DNA of 64,000 nt, taken from the NCBI GenBank assembly GCA_022712945.1, contig JAFLJP010000122.1:1853-65852 (forward strand), read 5' to 3'. Positions 18,369 to 30,144 of the stretch are shown here, piece by piece. Every line of letters begins with the position of its first letter. The first letter of the stretch is position 1. Both the position numbers and the translations under genes were made by a program. The notes below the pieces were generated by a model that worked only from the letters and a program-made list of their open reading frames with translations, was not told where the DNA came from and did no database searches. Origin of the DNA: Gammaproteobacteria bacterium (lineage in GTDB: Bacteria > Pseudomonadota > Gammaproteobacteria > RBG-16-57-12).

Positions 18369-18935
18369 ATGAAACGCTGTGACTGGGCAAATGCCAGCGC
18401 CAAAGAGATCGAATACCACGATAATGAATGGGCTGTTCCGGTGCATGATGACCGGCTACTGTTCGAGATGCTGATTTTGGAAGGCGCGCAATCGGGATTG
18501 AGCTGGAGCACCATTCTGCAAAAAAGGGCGGGTTATCTTAAAGCGTTCGATAATTTTGATGCTAAAAAAATCGCCCGCTACAGTGATGAAAAAGTGGCTG
18601 AACTGCTTGAAGATTCGGGGATTGTCCGGCATAAACTGAAGATAAAAGCCACCATTGAAAATGCAAAACAGTTCTTGGCGATACAGCATGAACACGGCTC
18701 TTTTGACCGCTATATCTGGTCATTTGTTGACGGAAAACCAATAAATAATGCCTGGCGAAACCTGTCAGAGGTGCCCGCTAGCACCCCCATTTCTGAAGCA
18801 ATGAGTAAAGACTTAAAGAAGAGGGGGTTCAAATTTATTGGCCCAACAACCTGTTACGCTTATATGCAGGCGGTTGGTATGGTGAATGATCACCTGACAT
18901 CCTGTTTTTGCTACTCTAAAGTGGCACAGTCGTAA
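18369..18935 (+). CDS. tag: DNA-3-methyladenine glycosylase I
   Basis: RCDW, YHDNEW, LEGAQSGLSW, GFKFIGPT, MVNDHLTSC. Confidence 0.93.
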   Translation: MKRCDWANASAKEIEYHDNEWAVPVHDDRLLFEMLILEGAQSGLSWSTILQKRAGYLKAFDNFDAKKIARYSDEKVAELLEDSGIVRHKLKIKATIENAKQFLAIQHEHGSFDRYIWSFVDGKPINNAWRNLSEVPASTPISEAMSKDLKKRGFKFIGPTTCYAYMQAVGMVNDHLTSCFCYSKVAQS

Positions 18936-19065
18936 CCTGCCCTCACTGGGTTCAAGATCACTGGTGGATATGGCCTGATGACGTACAACGAGCCATTGGC
19001 ATGTTGAATCTTGTGCCGGTGTGAACTATTCGAGACTTATCATAAATAAAATAGGGTAATTTAAA

Positions 19066-19452
19066 ATGGCCAAAAGCACCGTCACCTATTGGAATGCGCT
19101 GCATAAAAGCAGTGAGCATAAGTGGGAGGTCATCGCAGATACGGATGGACTGCTGACACAGCTGACCTTGGCAATCGATAATGAAACCGGCGACTACACG
19201 CGCTTAACCCGCTTCAAGGCAGGTGCAAATACAGCTCATTTTGGTACAAAAAGTCATGAATATCCGGAAGAGATAATGATCATCAAAGGCCGACTTTATG
19301 ATCAGGCATTTGATCAATGGCTTGAAATGGGGGATTATGCAAGCCGCCCGCCCGGTGAACTACACGGGCCATTTAGAGCAGATGAAGAGTGCATAGTGCT
19401 CGAAATATCATATCCGAGTCAGTCATCTACTCATTCCCTAAGCCCGAGATAG
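19066..19452 (+). CDS. cupin domain protein (ChrR-like)
   Basis: TRLTRF, HEYPEEI, GDYASRPPGELHGPF. Confidence 0.75.
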   Translation: MAKSTVTYWNALHKSSEHKWEVIADTDGLLTQLTLAIDNETGDYTRLTRFKAGANTAHFGTKSHEYPEEIMIIKGRLYDQAFDQWLEMGDYASRPPGELHGPFRADEECIVLEISYPSQSSTHSLSPR

Positions 19453-19514
19453 AAATCAAGATGGTGTTGAGTATGGCGGTTTTGGCTACTACGCATTGCT
19501 GGGTTTAGCACAAT

Positions 19515-19572
19515 ATAGAGTGAACAAAAATCCGGCCTAATAACGGTATTTTAATTTCTTCTACATCCCATA
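19515..19572. repeat. right-half copy of MITE family B
   Basis: atagagtgaacaaaaatccggcctaataacggtattttaatttcttctacatccc is nearly identical to 63865-63919. Confidence 0.85.
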
Positions 19573-19631
19573 AGTCTAACGAATAAGGTTAGATCGCACG
19601 AAGCCGCGAACGTGAGCCGATTTGTGGTGGG

Positions 19632-20468
19632 TTACCCTTTCAGCAAGTGAAGAACACTATCCAGTCCGCCGTAGTTAATGGCGGTGGAGGCTTGGCTTTG
19701 TACCGCAGGTTTGGCGTGGTAGGCGACACTTAAACCCGCTACTTTCATCATCGCCAGATCATTGGCTCCATCACCGACCGAGATTGCCTGGCTGGGTGAA
19801 ATGCCGAGTTCTTTACAGTGTGACAGTAGTCGCTCTGCTTTGGCTTGTGCATCGACAATATTGCCGAGCAGTTCGCCGGTCACGCTGTTCTCTTCAATTT
19901 CCAGTTGGTTGGCGTGGGCATAGTCGAGTTTAAGGCGTTTTTTAAGGCGTTCGGTGAAGAAGGTAAAACCACCGGAGACCAGGCAGAATTTGATCTCTCT
20001 CTTTTTCAGCCCGTCAATCAGCTGTTCTGCCCCTGGATTGAGTTGCAGGCGTTCGTTGTAGACTAGCTCCAGCGCCGCTACGCTGACCCCTTTGAGCAGG
20101 GCGACACGTTGGGTCAGTGATGCGGCAAAATCAATCTCACCACACATGGCCGATTCAGTAATGGCGGCGACCTGTGGTTTGACATTCAGGTAGTCTGCAA
20201 TCTCATCAATACACTCGATGCTGATCAGTGTCGAATCCATATCGCTAACCAGTAGTTTTGCTTTGGTGGGATCAAAGTCTGCTGGCAGTGTGTTGATGTC
20301 AATGCGTAGTTGATCACTCAAACTCTGGATCTTCTGGCGGCTGACCGGCTGCTGATGGCAGATACGGTGGTAGCCATCACACGCCTCAAGCGTTGCAGCA
20401 AAGAGATCTTCAATGTTGATGTGTGCTGCTTTGTTGAACTTGGCAGCATGGATGATGGTTGTAAACAT
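19632..20468 (-). CDS. serB: phosphoserine phosphatase
   Basis: HAD motifs DMDSTLI, VSGGF, GDGANDL, AYHAKP. Confidence 0.93.
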   Translation of the reverse strand: MFTTIIHAAKFNKAAHINIEDLFAATLEACDGYHRICHQQPVSRQKIQSLSDQLRIDINTLPADFDPTKAKLLVSDMDSTLISIECIDEIADYLNVKPQVAAITESAMCGEIDFAASLTQRVALLKGVSVAALELVYNERLQLNPGAEQLIDGLKKREIKFCLVSGGFTFFTERLKKRLKLDYAHANQLEIEENSVTGELLGNIVDAQAKAERLLSHCKELGISPSQAISVGDGANDLAMMKVAGLSVAYHAKPAVQSQASTAINYGGLDSVLHLLKG

Positions 20469-20473
20469 GGGAT

Positions 20474-21730
20474 CTATTCCGGTAGTAAGGATTCACTTGC
20501 AAACAGTTCGGCGATGGTTTCACGCTTGCGAATAAGGTGGCTGGTTTTACCATCCACCATCACTTCAGCGGCCCGGGGGCGGGTGTTGTAATTTGAACTC
20601 ATGGAGAAACCGTAGGCACCCGATGAGCGAACCGCTAAATAGTCGCCGGTTTGTAGTGCTAAGTGACGCTCTTTGCCCAGGAAATCGCCGGTTTCGCAAA
20701 CCGGGCCGACGATGTCATATTGCTGTTTCTCCACTTTGGCGTGTTGCTTAAGCGGTACGATCTCTTGCCACGCCTGATAGAGTGATGGGCGCAGCAGGTC
20801 GTTCATGGCAGCATCAACAATGGCAAAGTTTTTATGTTCTGTGTGCTTAAGGTACTGCACCTGGGTGAGCATCACCCCAGCGTTTCCGACGATGGCGCGT
20901 CCGGGTTCAAGAACCAGCTCAATTTGCAGGCCCTGCTGCTGTAGTTTTTGTTTCAGTGCGGCGGCATATTCGTTGGGGTCGGGCGGTGTTTCGTTTTCAT
21001 ATTGAATACCGAGGCCGCCGCCCAGGTCGAGATGCTTGAGTTCAATGCCTTGCACTCTTAGCTCTTCGATGAGTATCAGTACTCGCTCCAGGGCATCAAT
21101 GAAGGGGGCGATGCTGGTGAGCTGAGAGCCGATGTGGCAATCAACCCCTTGGATTTCGATATTGGCCATCGCCGCCGCCTGTCGGTATATGTCAGGCGCT
21201 TGCTGAATATCAATGCCGAACTTGTTCTCCTTCAAACCGGTGGAGATGTAGGGGTGAGTACCGGCATCCACATCGGGGTTAACCCGTATTGAAATGGGGG
21301 CGATGCTATTTTGTTCACCTGCAATCTGGTTGAGCAACTCCAGTTCAGCAACAGATTCTACATTAAAGCAGCGAATGCCCACTTCCAGCGCCCGTTGCAT
21401 CTCATGTGCTTTTTTACCCACACCAGAGAAGACCACTTTTTTTGCATCACCACCGGCTGCCAGTACCCGTTCAAGTTCGCCCACCGATACGATGTCAAAA
21501 CCGGAGCCCAAGCGGGCAAACAGGTTCAGAATCGCCAGGTTGGAGTTGGCTTTGACGGCGTAGCAGATCAGGTGAGGCCACTCACCCAGGGCCTGGTCAA
21601 ATGCATGCCAGTGGCGCTCAAGCGTGGCGCGTGAATAGACGAAAGTGGGTGTGTCCCATTGCTGGGCAATGTCAGATAACGGTACATCTTCAGCAAACAG
21701 CTGTTCACCGTGGTATTCAAAGTGGTTCAT
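20474..21730 (-). CDS. lysA: diaminopimelate decarboxylase
   Basis: YAVKANS, HIGSQ, DLGGG, EPGR, GPVCETGD, GAYG...SNYN. Confidence 0.95.
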   Translation of the reverse strand: MNHFEYHGEQLFAEDVPLSDIAQQWDTPTFVYSRATLERHWHAFDQALGEWPHLICYAVKANSNLAILNLFARLGSGFDIVSVGELERVLAAGGDAKKVVFSGVGKKAHEMQRALEVGIRCFNVESVAELELLNQIAGEQNSIAPISIRVNPDVDAGTHPYISTGLKENKFGIDIQQAPDIYRQAAAMANIEIQGVDCHIGSQLTSIAPFIDALERVLILIEELRVQGIELKHLDLGGGLGIQYENETPPDPNEYAAALKQKLQQQGLQIELVLEPGRAIVGNAGVMLTQVQYLKHTEHKNFAIVDAAMNDLLRPSLYQAWQEIVPLKQHAKVEKQQYDIVGPVCETGDFLGKERHLALQTGDYLAVRSSGAYGFSMSSNYNTRPRAAEVMVDGKTSHLIRKRETIAELFASESLLPE

Positions 21731-21858
21731 GACGATCTCTGGTCAGGTTGGGTTGTGTGTGGTGGTGGTTCCGGTAGTTGTAAATCACCTTTTAGACCGC
21801 AGCCAGAGGTGTGGAGGATAAATGTTACCAGTAGTAGCTGTCTTATTAATTTTATCAT
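21727..21858 (-). CDS. lptM: small lipoprotein LptM/YifL/LppL (43 aa, not in the ORF track)
   Basis: MIKLIRQLLLVTFILHTSGCGLKGDLQLP..., lipobox plus CGxKGxL motif; ATGA overlap with lysA in the conserved position. Confidence 0.8.
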   Translation of the reverse strand: MIKLIRQLLLVTFILHTSGCGLKGDLQLPEPPPHTTQPDQRSS

Positions 21859-21944
21859 TACATCTAATCTGGTTCGGATAATTTACGAAATATTCGGCTC
21901 AGTATAAACGAGAAAGTGTTGTTGTGGATCACCACGGTGTCGAT

Positions 21945-24770
21945 TTATTTCGATGGAGTCGCTTTGAGTTGCTGTTCAAGCACTTTGTTGAGTTGTGCTT
22001 CAATACGCTTTTTATAGTTGAGGTAGTGTACGGTCTGTATTGTACCACCGGCTTCAACGCCGAGGGTACTCTCCGGCAGGTCAATATCGGTGATGTAGAT
22101 GGGGTAGTGTGCACTGCTTTTTCGCTGGGAGAGAATATGTTTGGCGACGGCTTCAAATACCTGATGGCCGTGTTCAAATGAGGAGAACTCTTTGTCATTA
22201 CAGTAGACCGTGACATGGTCACTCTCTTCAACGCTTTCGCCAATGACCTGTACATTGTAATACTGGTTTGGCAGGGGGAAGTGTATCTGGCGGCTTTCAA
22301 TGCTTAACTGGCCCTTTTGAGATACCAGTATCTGGTAGCACATGACGCTGTTCTTCTCTTCAGCGCTGCTGTTTCGCCTAGTTGCTTGTCGCTTGACGAT
22401 GGCGTTGAGGAAGGTGTGGTAGTGTTGCAGTATCAATTTGGGTTCAATGAGTGGCAGAGTGTGGGTAAACAGAGAGCCTCTTTCATCGATGACAAAAATA
22501 TCCAGTTCGTTGCCTTTGGGGTGAAAATAGAACTGAATAATATGGGGTTGTGCATTGCCATAGATCAGCTTTAACAGCGGCTGCCGCTCTTGGGTGTCGA
22601 GGGTTAATGCGCTGTAGTGAGTGCGTGGTGAATAGAGCTCTTCCAGCAATTGAGAGCCACCTTTGAAAATACGGTGGCGTATCACGCCACCCTCTTCAGA
22701 GAGCATCGCAAACCCTTTGCGCAGAGGATAGAGGTAGCGCAGCTGTTGCTTCCTGTTTTGTGGATGATAGAAGGCCTGCTTGGAGGCTTTGAAGAGCTGC
22801 TCGACCCGTTGGGTGATTTTTTGATGGTAACTGGATGAGAAGCAATAGACGTTTGGCTGAGGTGGCGGAATATTCTCTTCCAGAGGTGACCACTGCAGGT
22901 AGTGGGTTAAGCAGTCGAGAACACCCCGGTCACCTTCGTAGTGAAAGATAAGCGCCTCTTGCCAGGAGGTGATAAAGACCGCGCTGATTGATTGCACTAG
23001 GCTCTCTCCCAGGCTGCTGTAACTGAAGGCGTCATCCTGATCGGTAATCAGGTGCCCCAGGCGGCTTATTTTTATCGGATTGCCAACACCCACATTAACA
23101 AACAGCAAGACGTTGAGCAGTCTGGATTTGGCAGAAAAGTCATCAATATTAGCGTGTGGTAGATCGCCTTCGGGGAAGTGTTGCTCAAGTGTTTCAATGA
23201 TGGCGCTGATTTCCCGATCAGAGAGTGGGTTCTCTTCGCCTTTAATGACAAACGAGGTGCGTTTGCTGATGAGTCTGTTGAAATAGCCCCAGCAGAGAAG
23301 CTCTAAAGCAGACGAGGCCCGTTTTAATGGCCGGTTATCACTGTCATCAATATGCAGTCCGTTGCCACGGAACATGAACCAGGAGGAGGTTTGGTTTGCG
23401 CTGGATTTCTGTTGCGATAAGCCGATTAGTGGCTCATGCAGGTTGGTGGTGAATCCGTTAACTAAAATTTCAAGTTTGCCGGCTTTTCGTTCAAAAGCAG
23501 CGTAGAGTTTACGGCCCAAAATATGCAGATCCCGCTTGCTGATCATGGTTCCTTTATTGGCGCGGGCAAATTCAGATAGCTCAAAATAGCTTTGATTAAG
23601 CTCTTTGACCAAAATCTTTTTTTCTCTGCTGATGGTGTCTATTTTCCAGGTGTTTCGGTTGTCATAAGTTCGTAAGTCATCTATCTCCCAGCCCCAGTCA
23701 CGGGTCATCTGCAGTAATAGATCCTGCTGCCAGTTATCACCTTTCTGATAGCGCATTTTGGAGAGCGGCATGTTGATTTTGAAGTAGAGACAGCGGTGGA
23801 CCAGCTCAAGCCGTTGTTGATCATTTTTCCTCTGGAGATAGCTGATTAGTTTGTTTGCCAGCATGATGTAGGGATCAACCTCATTGAGATCAAAGTTTTC
23901 ATCATACTCTTCGTAGATTGCCTGCTTGAACATCAAGCTGAGGAAGTTGATGTTGGGGTATTCGTGGGCGTAGATCTCCATCAACAATATTTTTAACAGT
24001 GACTTGTAGGGTGAGTCGACCCCTTTGTAGATCTGCCAGACGGCGGCACCAAAAAACTCTTCCGCAGGCATATTGCCGAGGCCACCGAAGTCGATGTACT
24101 CCCCCGCATCAACAAAGCGTTTCCTGAGCAGGTTGTCGGTATATTGTTCATAATTCCCCTCTTCAGCGGGTGGAACCAGCCACCACAGGGGATAATTGCC
24201 CGCAAGCCAGAGGGCGGTGCGGTAGAATTCATCAAGCAGCAGGTCGTGCTGGGCGGTGCCGCTACTCTCCGTGCTGAGGTCGAGCACCTCTCCACGCTTG
24301 AAGCGCTCGGCATTCATCAAAAAGAAATGAACCTCGATATTGTAACTATCTGCCCACACTTCAATTTGTGTGCTTTTTTCCCGCAGTTCAGCCAGCTGTT
24401 GATCACCGAGACCGGGAGCGTGACAGAGCCAGACATCGAAGTCACTCTTGTTGGATTGGGCAATGGTGCCGCTGCTACCAATCAGAAAGAGTGACTGAAT
24501 ATCATAGTCGCGGTAGATGCTGCGATGGTATTGGAATTTTTTAAACAGATGCCGAGCGGCAAGAATCGCTGGCCCCTCTTTCAGGTAGTTTGAGATGCCG
24601 GAAGGGGTTTCCTCAGAAATATAGCCGGGCAGGCCGGGGTGGTTAACATGAAAGAGTAGCGGTAAAACATCAATGACTTCTTGTTGCACCGGGCGCAGTG
24701 CAGCACGTGCACGCGAAAAACGCGCCTGATTGAGGTGGAGAAATCGCTTTAGTATCGCTTTTACATCCAT
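21945..24770 (-). CDS. cyaA: class I adenylate cyclase
   Basis: GSSGTIAQ...SDFDVW, EVHFF, LLLDEFYRT, SPYKSLLK, YPIYITDIDL. Confidence 0.92.
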   Translation of the reverse strand: MDVKAILKRFLHLNQARFSRARAALRPVQQEVIDVLPLLFHVNHPGLPGYISEETPSGISNYLKEGPAILAARHLFKKFQYHRSIYRDYDIQSLFLIGSSGTIAQSNKSDFDVWLCHAPGLGDQQLAELREKSTQIEVWADSYNIEVHFFLMNAERFKRGEVLDLSTESSGTAQHDLLLDEFYRTALWLAGNYPLWWLVPPAEEGNYEQYTDNLLRKRFVDAGEYIDFGGLGNMPAEEFFGAAVWQIYKGVDSPYKSLLKILLMEIYAHEYPNINFLSLMFKQAIYEEYDENFDLNEVDPYIMLANKLISYLQRKNDQQRLELVHRCLYFKINMPLSKMRYQKGDNWQQDLLLQMTRDWGWEIDDLRTYDNRNTWKIDTISREKKILVKELNQSYFELSEFARANKGTMISKRDLHILGRKLYAAFERKAGKLEILVNGFTTNLHEPLIGLSQQKSSANQTSSWFMFRGNGLHIDDSDNRPLKRASSALELLCWGYFNRLISKRTSFVIKGEENPLSDREISAIIETLEQHFPEGDLPHANIDDFSAKSRLLNVLLFVNVGVGNPIKISRLGHLITDQDDAFSYSSLGESLVQSISAVFITSWQEALIFHYEGDRGVLDCLTHYLQWSPLEENIPPPQPNVYCFSSSYHQKITQRVEQLFKASKQAFYHPQNRKQQLRYLYPLRKGFAMLSEEGGVIRHRIFKGGSQLLEELYSPRTHYSALTLDTQERQPLLKLIYGNAQPHIIQFYFHPKGNELDIFVIDERGSLFTHTLPLIEPKLILQHYHTFLNAIVKRQATRRNSSAEEKNSVMCYQILVSQKGQLSIESRQIHFPLPNQYYNVQVIGESVEESDHVTVYCNDKEFSSFEHGHQVFEAVAKHILSQRKSSAHYPIYITDIDLPESTLGVEAGGTIQTVHYLNYKKRIEAQLNKVLEQQLKATPSK

Positions 24771-24847
24771 GGCGCGTGCGGCATCTTGTTATCAAATTGA
24801 GAGGATATAGGAGATATTCGGCAGATTCTGGATAACTTGATGTACTA

Positions 24848-24927
24848 GTAGGAGTCAGCTTTAGCTTGCGATAACACCTTGTGGTGGTACCACGATAGTT
24901 GTTTCGCCATCTAAAGATGGCTCCTAC
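24848..24927. repeat. REPIN, copy 2 (opposite orientation to copy 1)
   Basis: gtaggagtcagctttagcttgcga...tcgccatctaaagatggctcctac, 80 bp, 15 bp from the glmS stop. Confidence 0.9.
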
Positions 24928-24942
24928 GTACATAGTCGGTTT

Positions 24943-26775
24943 TTACTCCACGGTTACCGATTTTGCCAGGTTGCGTGGTTGATCCACATCGGTGCCTTTC
25001 AATATCGCCACATGGTATGAAAAGAGTTGCAGTGGAATTGAATAGATAATGGGCGCAATCACTTCATCGATAGGTGATACCGATAGCACCTCTATTCCGT
25101 CACCCGCCACTATGTCGGCATGTTGGTCGGCAAATACATAGAGCTTTCCACCTCGCGCTTTGACCTCTTGCAGGTTCGACTTTAATTTGCCGAGCAGTTC
25201 ATTATTGGGGGCAACGGCGACGATGGGCATTTCGTCGTCTACCAGCGCCAGTGGGCCATGTTTTAGCTCACCGGCAGGGTAGGCTTCTGCGTGAATATAG
25301 GAGATCTCTTTCAGCTTGAGTGCGCCCTCCATCGCAATCGGGTAATGGGTGCCACGGCCCAGGAACAGCGCATGATGTTTATCTGCGAAGCTTTCTGCCA
25401 TCGTTTTGATCTCATCATCAAGTTTCAAGACATCTTCCACTTTTCGTGGCAATGTTTTTAACTCTTCAACCAGCTCTGCTTCACGCTGCTCACTCAGGCC
25501 ATTACGTCGGCCCAACGACATCACTAACATCAGCAGCGCGGTGAGCTGGGTGGTGAACGCTTTGGTGGATGCGACGCCAATTTCGGGGCCGGCCCGAGTC
25601 ATCATCACCAGGTCGGATTCACGTACCAGCGAGCTTTCAGGGACATTGCAGATAGCCAGTGCGTATTTATAGCCCATCTTTTTTGCTTCGTGCAGTGCGG
25701 CGAGGGTGTCTGCGGTCTCTCCAGACTGGGAGATGGTGACAAATAGTGAGTTTTTGTGTGCCAGTGGGCGGCGGTAGCGAAATTCACTGGCCACTTCGAC
25801 GTTGCAGGGTACCTTGGCAATCGCCTCCATCCAGTAGCGCGCAACAACACCTGCGTGGTAACTGGTTCCACAGGCGATAATGTCGACCCCTTTGATTTCA
25901 TCAAATATTTTGGCTGCATTGGGGCCGAATGATTCATCAATAACCCGATGGTCACTGATACGGCCTTCGAGGGTGTCATTGATCGCCCGTGGCTGTTCAA
26001 AGATCTCTTTCAGCATGTAGTGGCGGTACTCGCCCCGCTCTACCGCATCTGCACTGAGTTCACTCTCTTTAATAGGGCGGGTAACCTCTTCACCGCTCTG
26101 ATCATAAATAGTGAGCGTATTTTTTGTGATATCAGCAATATCACCCTCTTGCAGAAAGATAAAGCGCTGTGTCACCGGAAGCAGGGCGGCGACATCTGAG
26201 GCGATAAAATATTCACCAATACCGACACCAATCACCAGCGGACTACCACTGCGTGCGGTGATTAATCGCCCGGGCTCTTCAGCACTGATCACACCCAGAG
26301 CATAGGCTCCGTGCAGCTCAGCTGTGGCCAACCTGACCGATGCCAGCAGAGACTGTTTTTCTGCTATATGGTGCTGGAAAATTTGATGAACAATGACTTC
26401 GGTATCTGTTTCAGAGGTGAATTCGTAACCGCTTTGGTGCTGTTTTTCCCGCAGCTCTTCAAAGTTTTCAATGATGCCATTGTGGACAACCGCTACTTGA
26501 TTTCGACAGACGTGCGGGTGAGCATTTTTGACACTGGGCTCACCGTGGGTTGCCCAGCGGGTGTGTGCGATACCGACATGACCATGAAATGTTTCTGATA
26601 TCTCACTTTCAAGGCCGGCAACTTTGCCCTTAACTCGAATACGTTTGATGCTATTGTCATCAGCCAGTAATGCCACACCGGCAGAGTCGTAACCCCGGTA
26701 TTCCAATCGGCGTAAACCTTCAACTAAAATATGCGTTACATCACGCTCTGCAACCGCCCCAACAATTCCACACAT
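24943..26775 (-). CDS. glmS: glutamine-fructose-6-phosphate aminotransferase
   Basis: [31 protein letters not shown]. Confidence 0.97.
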   Translation of the reverse strand: MCGIVGAVAERDVTHILVEGLRRLEYRGYDSAGVALLADDNSIKRIRVKGKVAGLESEISETFHGHVGIAHTRWATHGEPSVKNAHPHVCRNQVAVVHNGIIENFEELREKQHQSGYEFTSETDTEVIVHQIFQHHIAEKQSLLASVRLATAELHGAYALGVISAEEPGRLITARSGSPLVIGVGIGEYFIASDVAALLPVTQRFIFLQEGDIADITKNTLTIYDQSGEEVTRPIKESELSADAVERGEYRHYMLKEIFEQPRAINDTLEGRISDHRVIDESFGPNAAKIFDEIKGVDIIACGTSYHAGVVARYWMEAIAKVPCNVEVASEFRYRRPLAHKNSLFVTISQSGETADTLAALHEAKKMGYKYALAICNVPESSLVRESDLVMMTRAGPEIGVASTKAFTTQLTALLMLVMSLGRRNGLSEQREAELVEELKTLPRKVEDVLKLDDEIKTMAESFADKHHALFLGRGTHYPIAMEGALKLKEISYIHAEAYPAGELKHGPLALVDDEMPIVAVAPNNELLGKLKSNLQEVKARGGKLYVFADQHADIVAGDGIEVLSVSPIDEVIAPIIYSIPLQLFSYHVAILKGTDVDQPRNLAKSVTVE

Positions 26776-26784
26776 AATACTCTC

Positions 26785-28164
26785 CTACGACGATTTCTTT
26801 TTTGGGCGTGACCAGCCAGGTACGCTCTTTTGGCGCAAACGACTTAAGGTTAGTGTATTTTTTGGTGCCGTATGACTCAGCGTGGTGCCGGCACCAATGG
26901 TTGCGCCATCTTCCACGGTAACAGGGGCAATTAGCTGGCTATCGGAACCCACAAAGACATCGTCACCAATAATAGTCTGATGTTTATTTATGCCGTCATA
27001 ATTACAGGTGATGGTACCGGCACCAATATTGACATTCTTGCCCATGGAGGTGTCACCAATGTAACTTAAGTGACTGACTTTCGAGCCAGCACCAATTGTC
27101 GATTTTTTCACTTCAACAAAGTTGCCAACCTTGGCATTTTCTTTTAATACTGTTTCAGGGCGGAGGCGGGCAAAAGGCCCGACCATCGCGCCGTTACCCA
27201 CCTGGCTCTGTTCAATAATTGAGTTGGGCATGACGGTGACACCATCGGCAAGGATGCTGTCACGAATGATGCAGTTTGCACCGATGTTGATGTTGCTGCC
27301 CAGTTTAACATCACCTTCAAACAGGCAGTTGATGTCGATCACCACGTCCATTCCCGCTGTCAAGTTGCCACGGATATCAATACGAGCAGGGTCCCGCAAG
27401 GTCACACCATCAATCATCAATTGATTGGCTTTTCGCTGTTGCAAATAGCGTTCAAGCTCTGCCAGTTGTACCCGGTTATTTGCCCCCAGTGTCTCATCGA
27501 TGGAGGTGGGCTGGACGGTATTAATCACCACGCCATCGTTGGCCGCCATGGCGATAATATCGGTAAGATAAAATTCACCCTGTGCATTATCACTATCCAA
27601 TGCGTTAATCCAGTGGCGTAATTTGCTGGAATCCGCCGCTAACATGCCGGTGTTAACTTCATTGGTTTTCAGCTCTTCAGTATTACCATCTTTCTGTTCG
27701 ACGATACGCTTAACAACACCATCTCCATCACGAATAATACGCCCATAACCGGTGGGATTATCAAGCTTTGCTGTCAAGAGACCAAAGCCGCTTTCAACTG
27801 CACTATCTACTAAGCTTTTAAGTGTTTCTACTCGCACTAGAGGTACATCGCCGTACAGTACTAAAACCAGTGTACCCTCTTCGATAGAGGGCATTGCCGC
27901 TTCAACCGCATGGCCGGTACCATTTTGCTGTTGTTGCAAAACCCAGTTGGCATCAAGGTGAGATAGCATTGATTTAACCTGCTCACCACCGTGTCCATAT
28001 ACAATGTGTATTGTATCAGCACCCAGCTCTTTCGCTCTATCGTAACTGTGCTCAAGCATCGATCGATCACCAACCGTATGTAGAACCTTCGGCATACTGG
28101 ACTTCATCCGTGTGCCTTGGCCTGCTGCCAGGATTACCACAATAAGTTTCTGCATACTCTTCAC
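26785..28164 (-). CDS. glmU: bifunctional UDP-GlcNAc pyrophosphorylase / glucosamine-1-phosphate acetyltransferase
   Basis: LAAGQGTRM, GTGHAV, hexapeptide repeats, GNFVEVK, NYDG. Confidence 0.96.
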   Translation of the reverse strand: MKSMQKLIVVILAAGQGTRMKSSMPKVLHTVGDRSMLEHSYDRAKELGADTIHIVYGHGGEQVKSMLSHLDANWVLQQQQNGTGHAVEAAMPSIEEGTLVLVLYGDVPLVRVETLKSLVDSAVESGFGLLTAKLDNPTGYGRIIRDGDGVVKRIVEQKDGNTEELKTNEVNTGMLAADSSKLRHWINALDSDNAQGEFYLTDIIAMAANDGVVINTVQPTSIDETLGANNRVQLAELERYLQQRKANQLMIDGVTLRDPARIDIRGNLTAGMDVVIDINCLFEGDVKLGSNINIGANCIIRDSILADGVTVMPNSIIEQSQVGNGAMVGPFARLRPETVLKENAKVGNFVEVKKSTIGAGSKVSHLSYIGDTSMGKNVNIGAGTITCNYDGINKHQTIIGDDVFVGSDSQLIAPVTVEDGATIGAGTTLSHTAPKNTLTLSRLRQKSVPGWSRPKKKSS

Positions 28165-28213
28165 CTTCTATAAGCCCTCTGCAGTTTAACAAGAAAACAT
28201 TTATTGCTCACAT

Positions 28214-28243
28214 AAAAAAAGGGCAGTGTAGACACTGCCCTTT
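28214..28243 (-). terminator. intrinsic terminator of the atp operon
   Basis: gggcagtgt/acactgccc stem with a T7 tract on the minus strand. Confidence 0.8.
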
Positions 28244-28267
28244 CAGGAATCGAAAAGAGTCTTTCGA

Positions 28268-28690
28268 TTAATGACCGGTTTTATCGCGAATTTTCTGAAT
28301 CGCTTTAAGTTGGGCCATCGCTTCTGCCAGTTGGCTCTGAGCTTTCGTGTAATCGATTCCACCTTTACGATCTGTCATTGCCTCTTCTGCAAGTTGCTTC
28401 GCTTCAAGGGCAGCGGCTTCGTCGATGTCCTTGGCGCGTAGCGCGGTATCTGCCAACACAGTCACACAGTGTGGCTGTATTTCCAGAATCCCACTTGAGA
28501 CGTAAAAGGTCTCTTCACCCTCACTGGTTTGAATGCGAACTTCACCAGGACGCATTTGAGTCAGTAGTGGTGCGTGACGCGGAAGAATACCAACATCGCC
28601 GTTGACTGAAGGGGCAAACACCATTTCAGCGGTACCGGAAAAGATCTGTTGTTCTGCGCTCACGATATCTACGTGCATTGTCATGGCCAT
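28268..28690 (-). CDS. atpC: ATP synthase epsilon subunit
   Basis: [17 protein letters not shown]; operon position. Confidence 0.95.
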   Translation of the reverse strand: MAMTMHVDIVSAEQQIFSGTAEMVFAPSVNGDVGILPRHAPLLTQMRPGEVRIQTSEGEETFYVSSGILEIQPHCVTVLADTALRAKDIDEAAALEAKQLAEEAMTDRKGGIDYTKAQSQLAEAMAQLKAIQKIRDKTGH

Positions 28691-28718
28691 ATAGTCCTCC
28701 TAGGAGTCGTTGACTGAA

Positions 28719-30110
<1,392 letters not shown>

Positions 30111-30144
30111 TTAAATTATTTACGTAATCGTTGCTCAGCCACGG

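Noticed and set aside
19574..19631. attC-like ends (gtctaac...gttagat), with a similar pattern at 5257-5280
   Set aside because: Too short, no L boxes or extrahelical bases, and no integrase or cassette array
24771..24942. Tn7 insertion downstream of glmS
   Set aside because: No Tn7 end with TnsB-site repeats and no tns genes; cyaA follows directly
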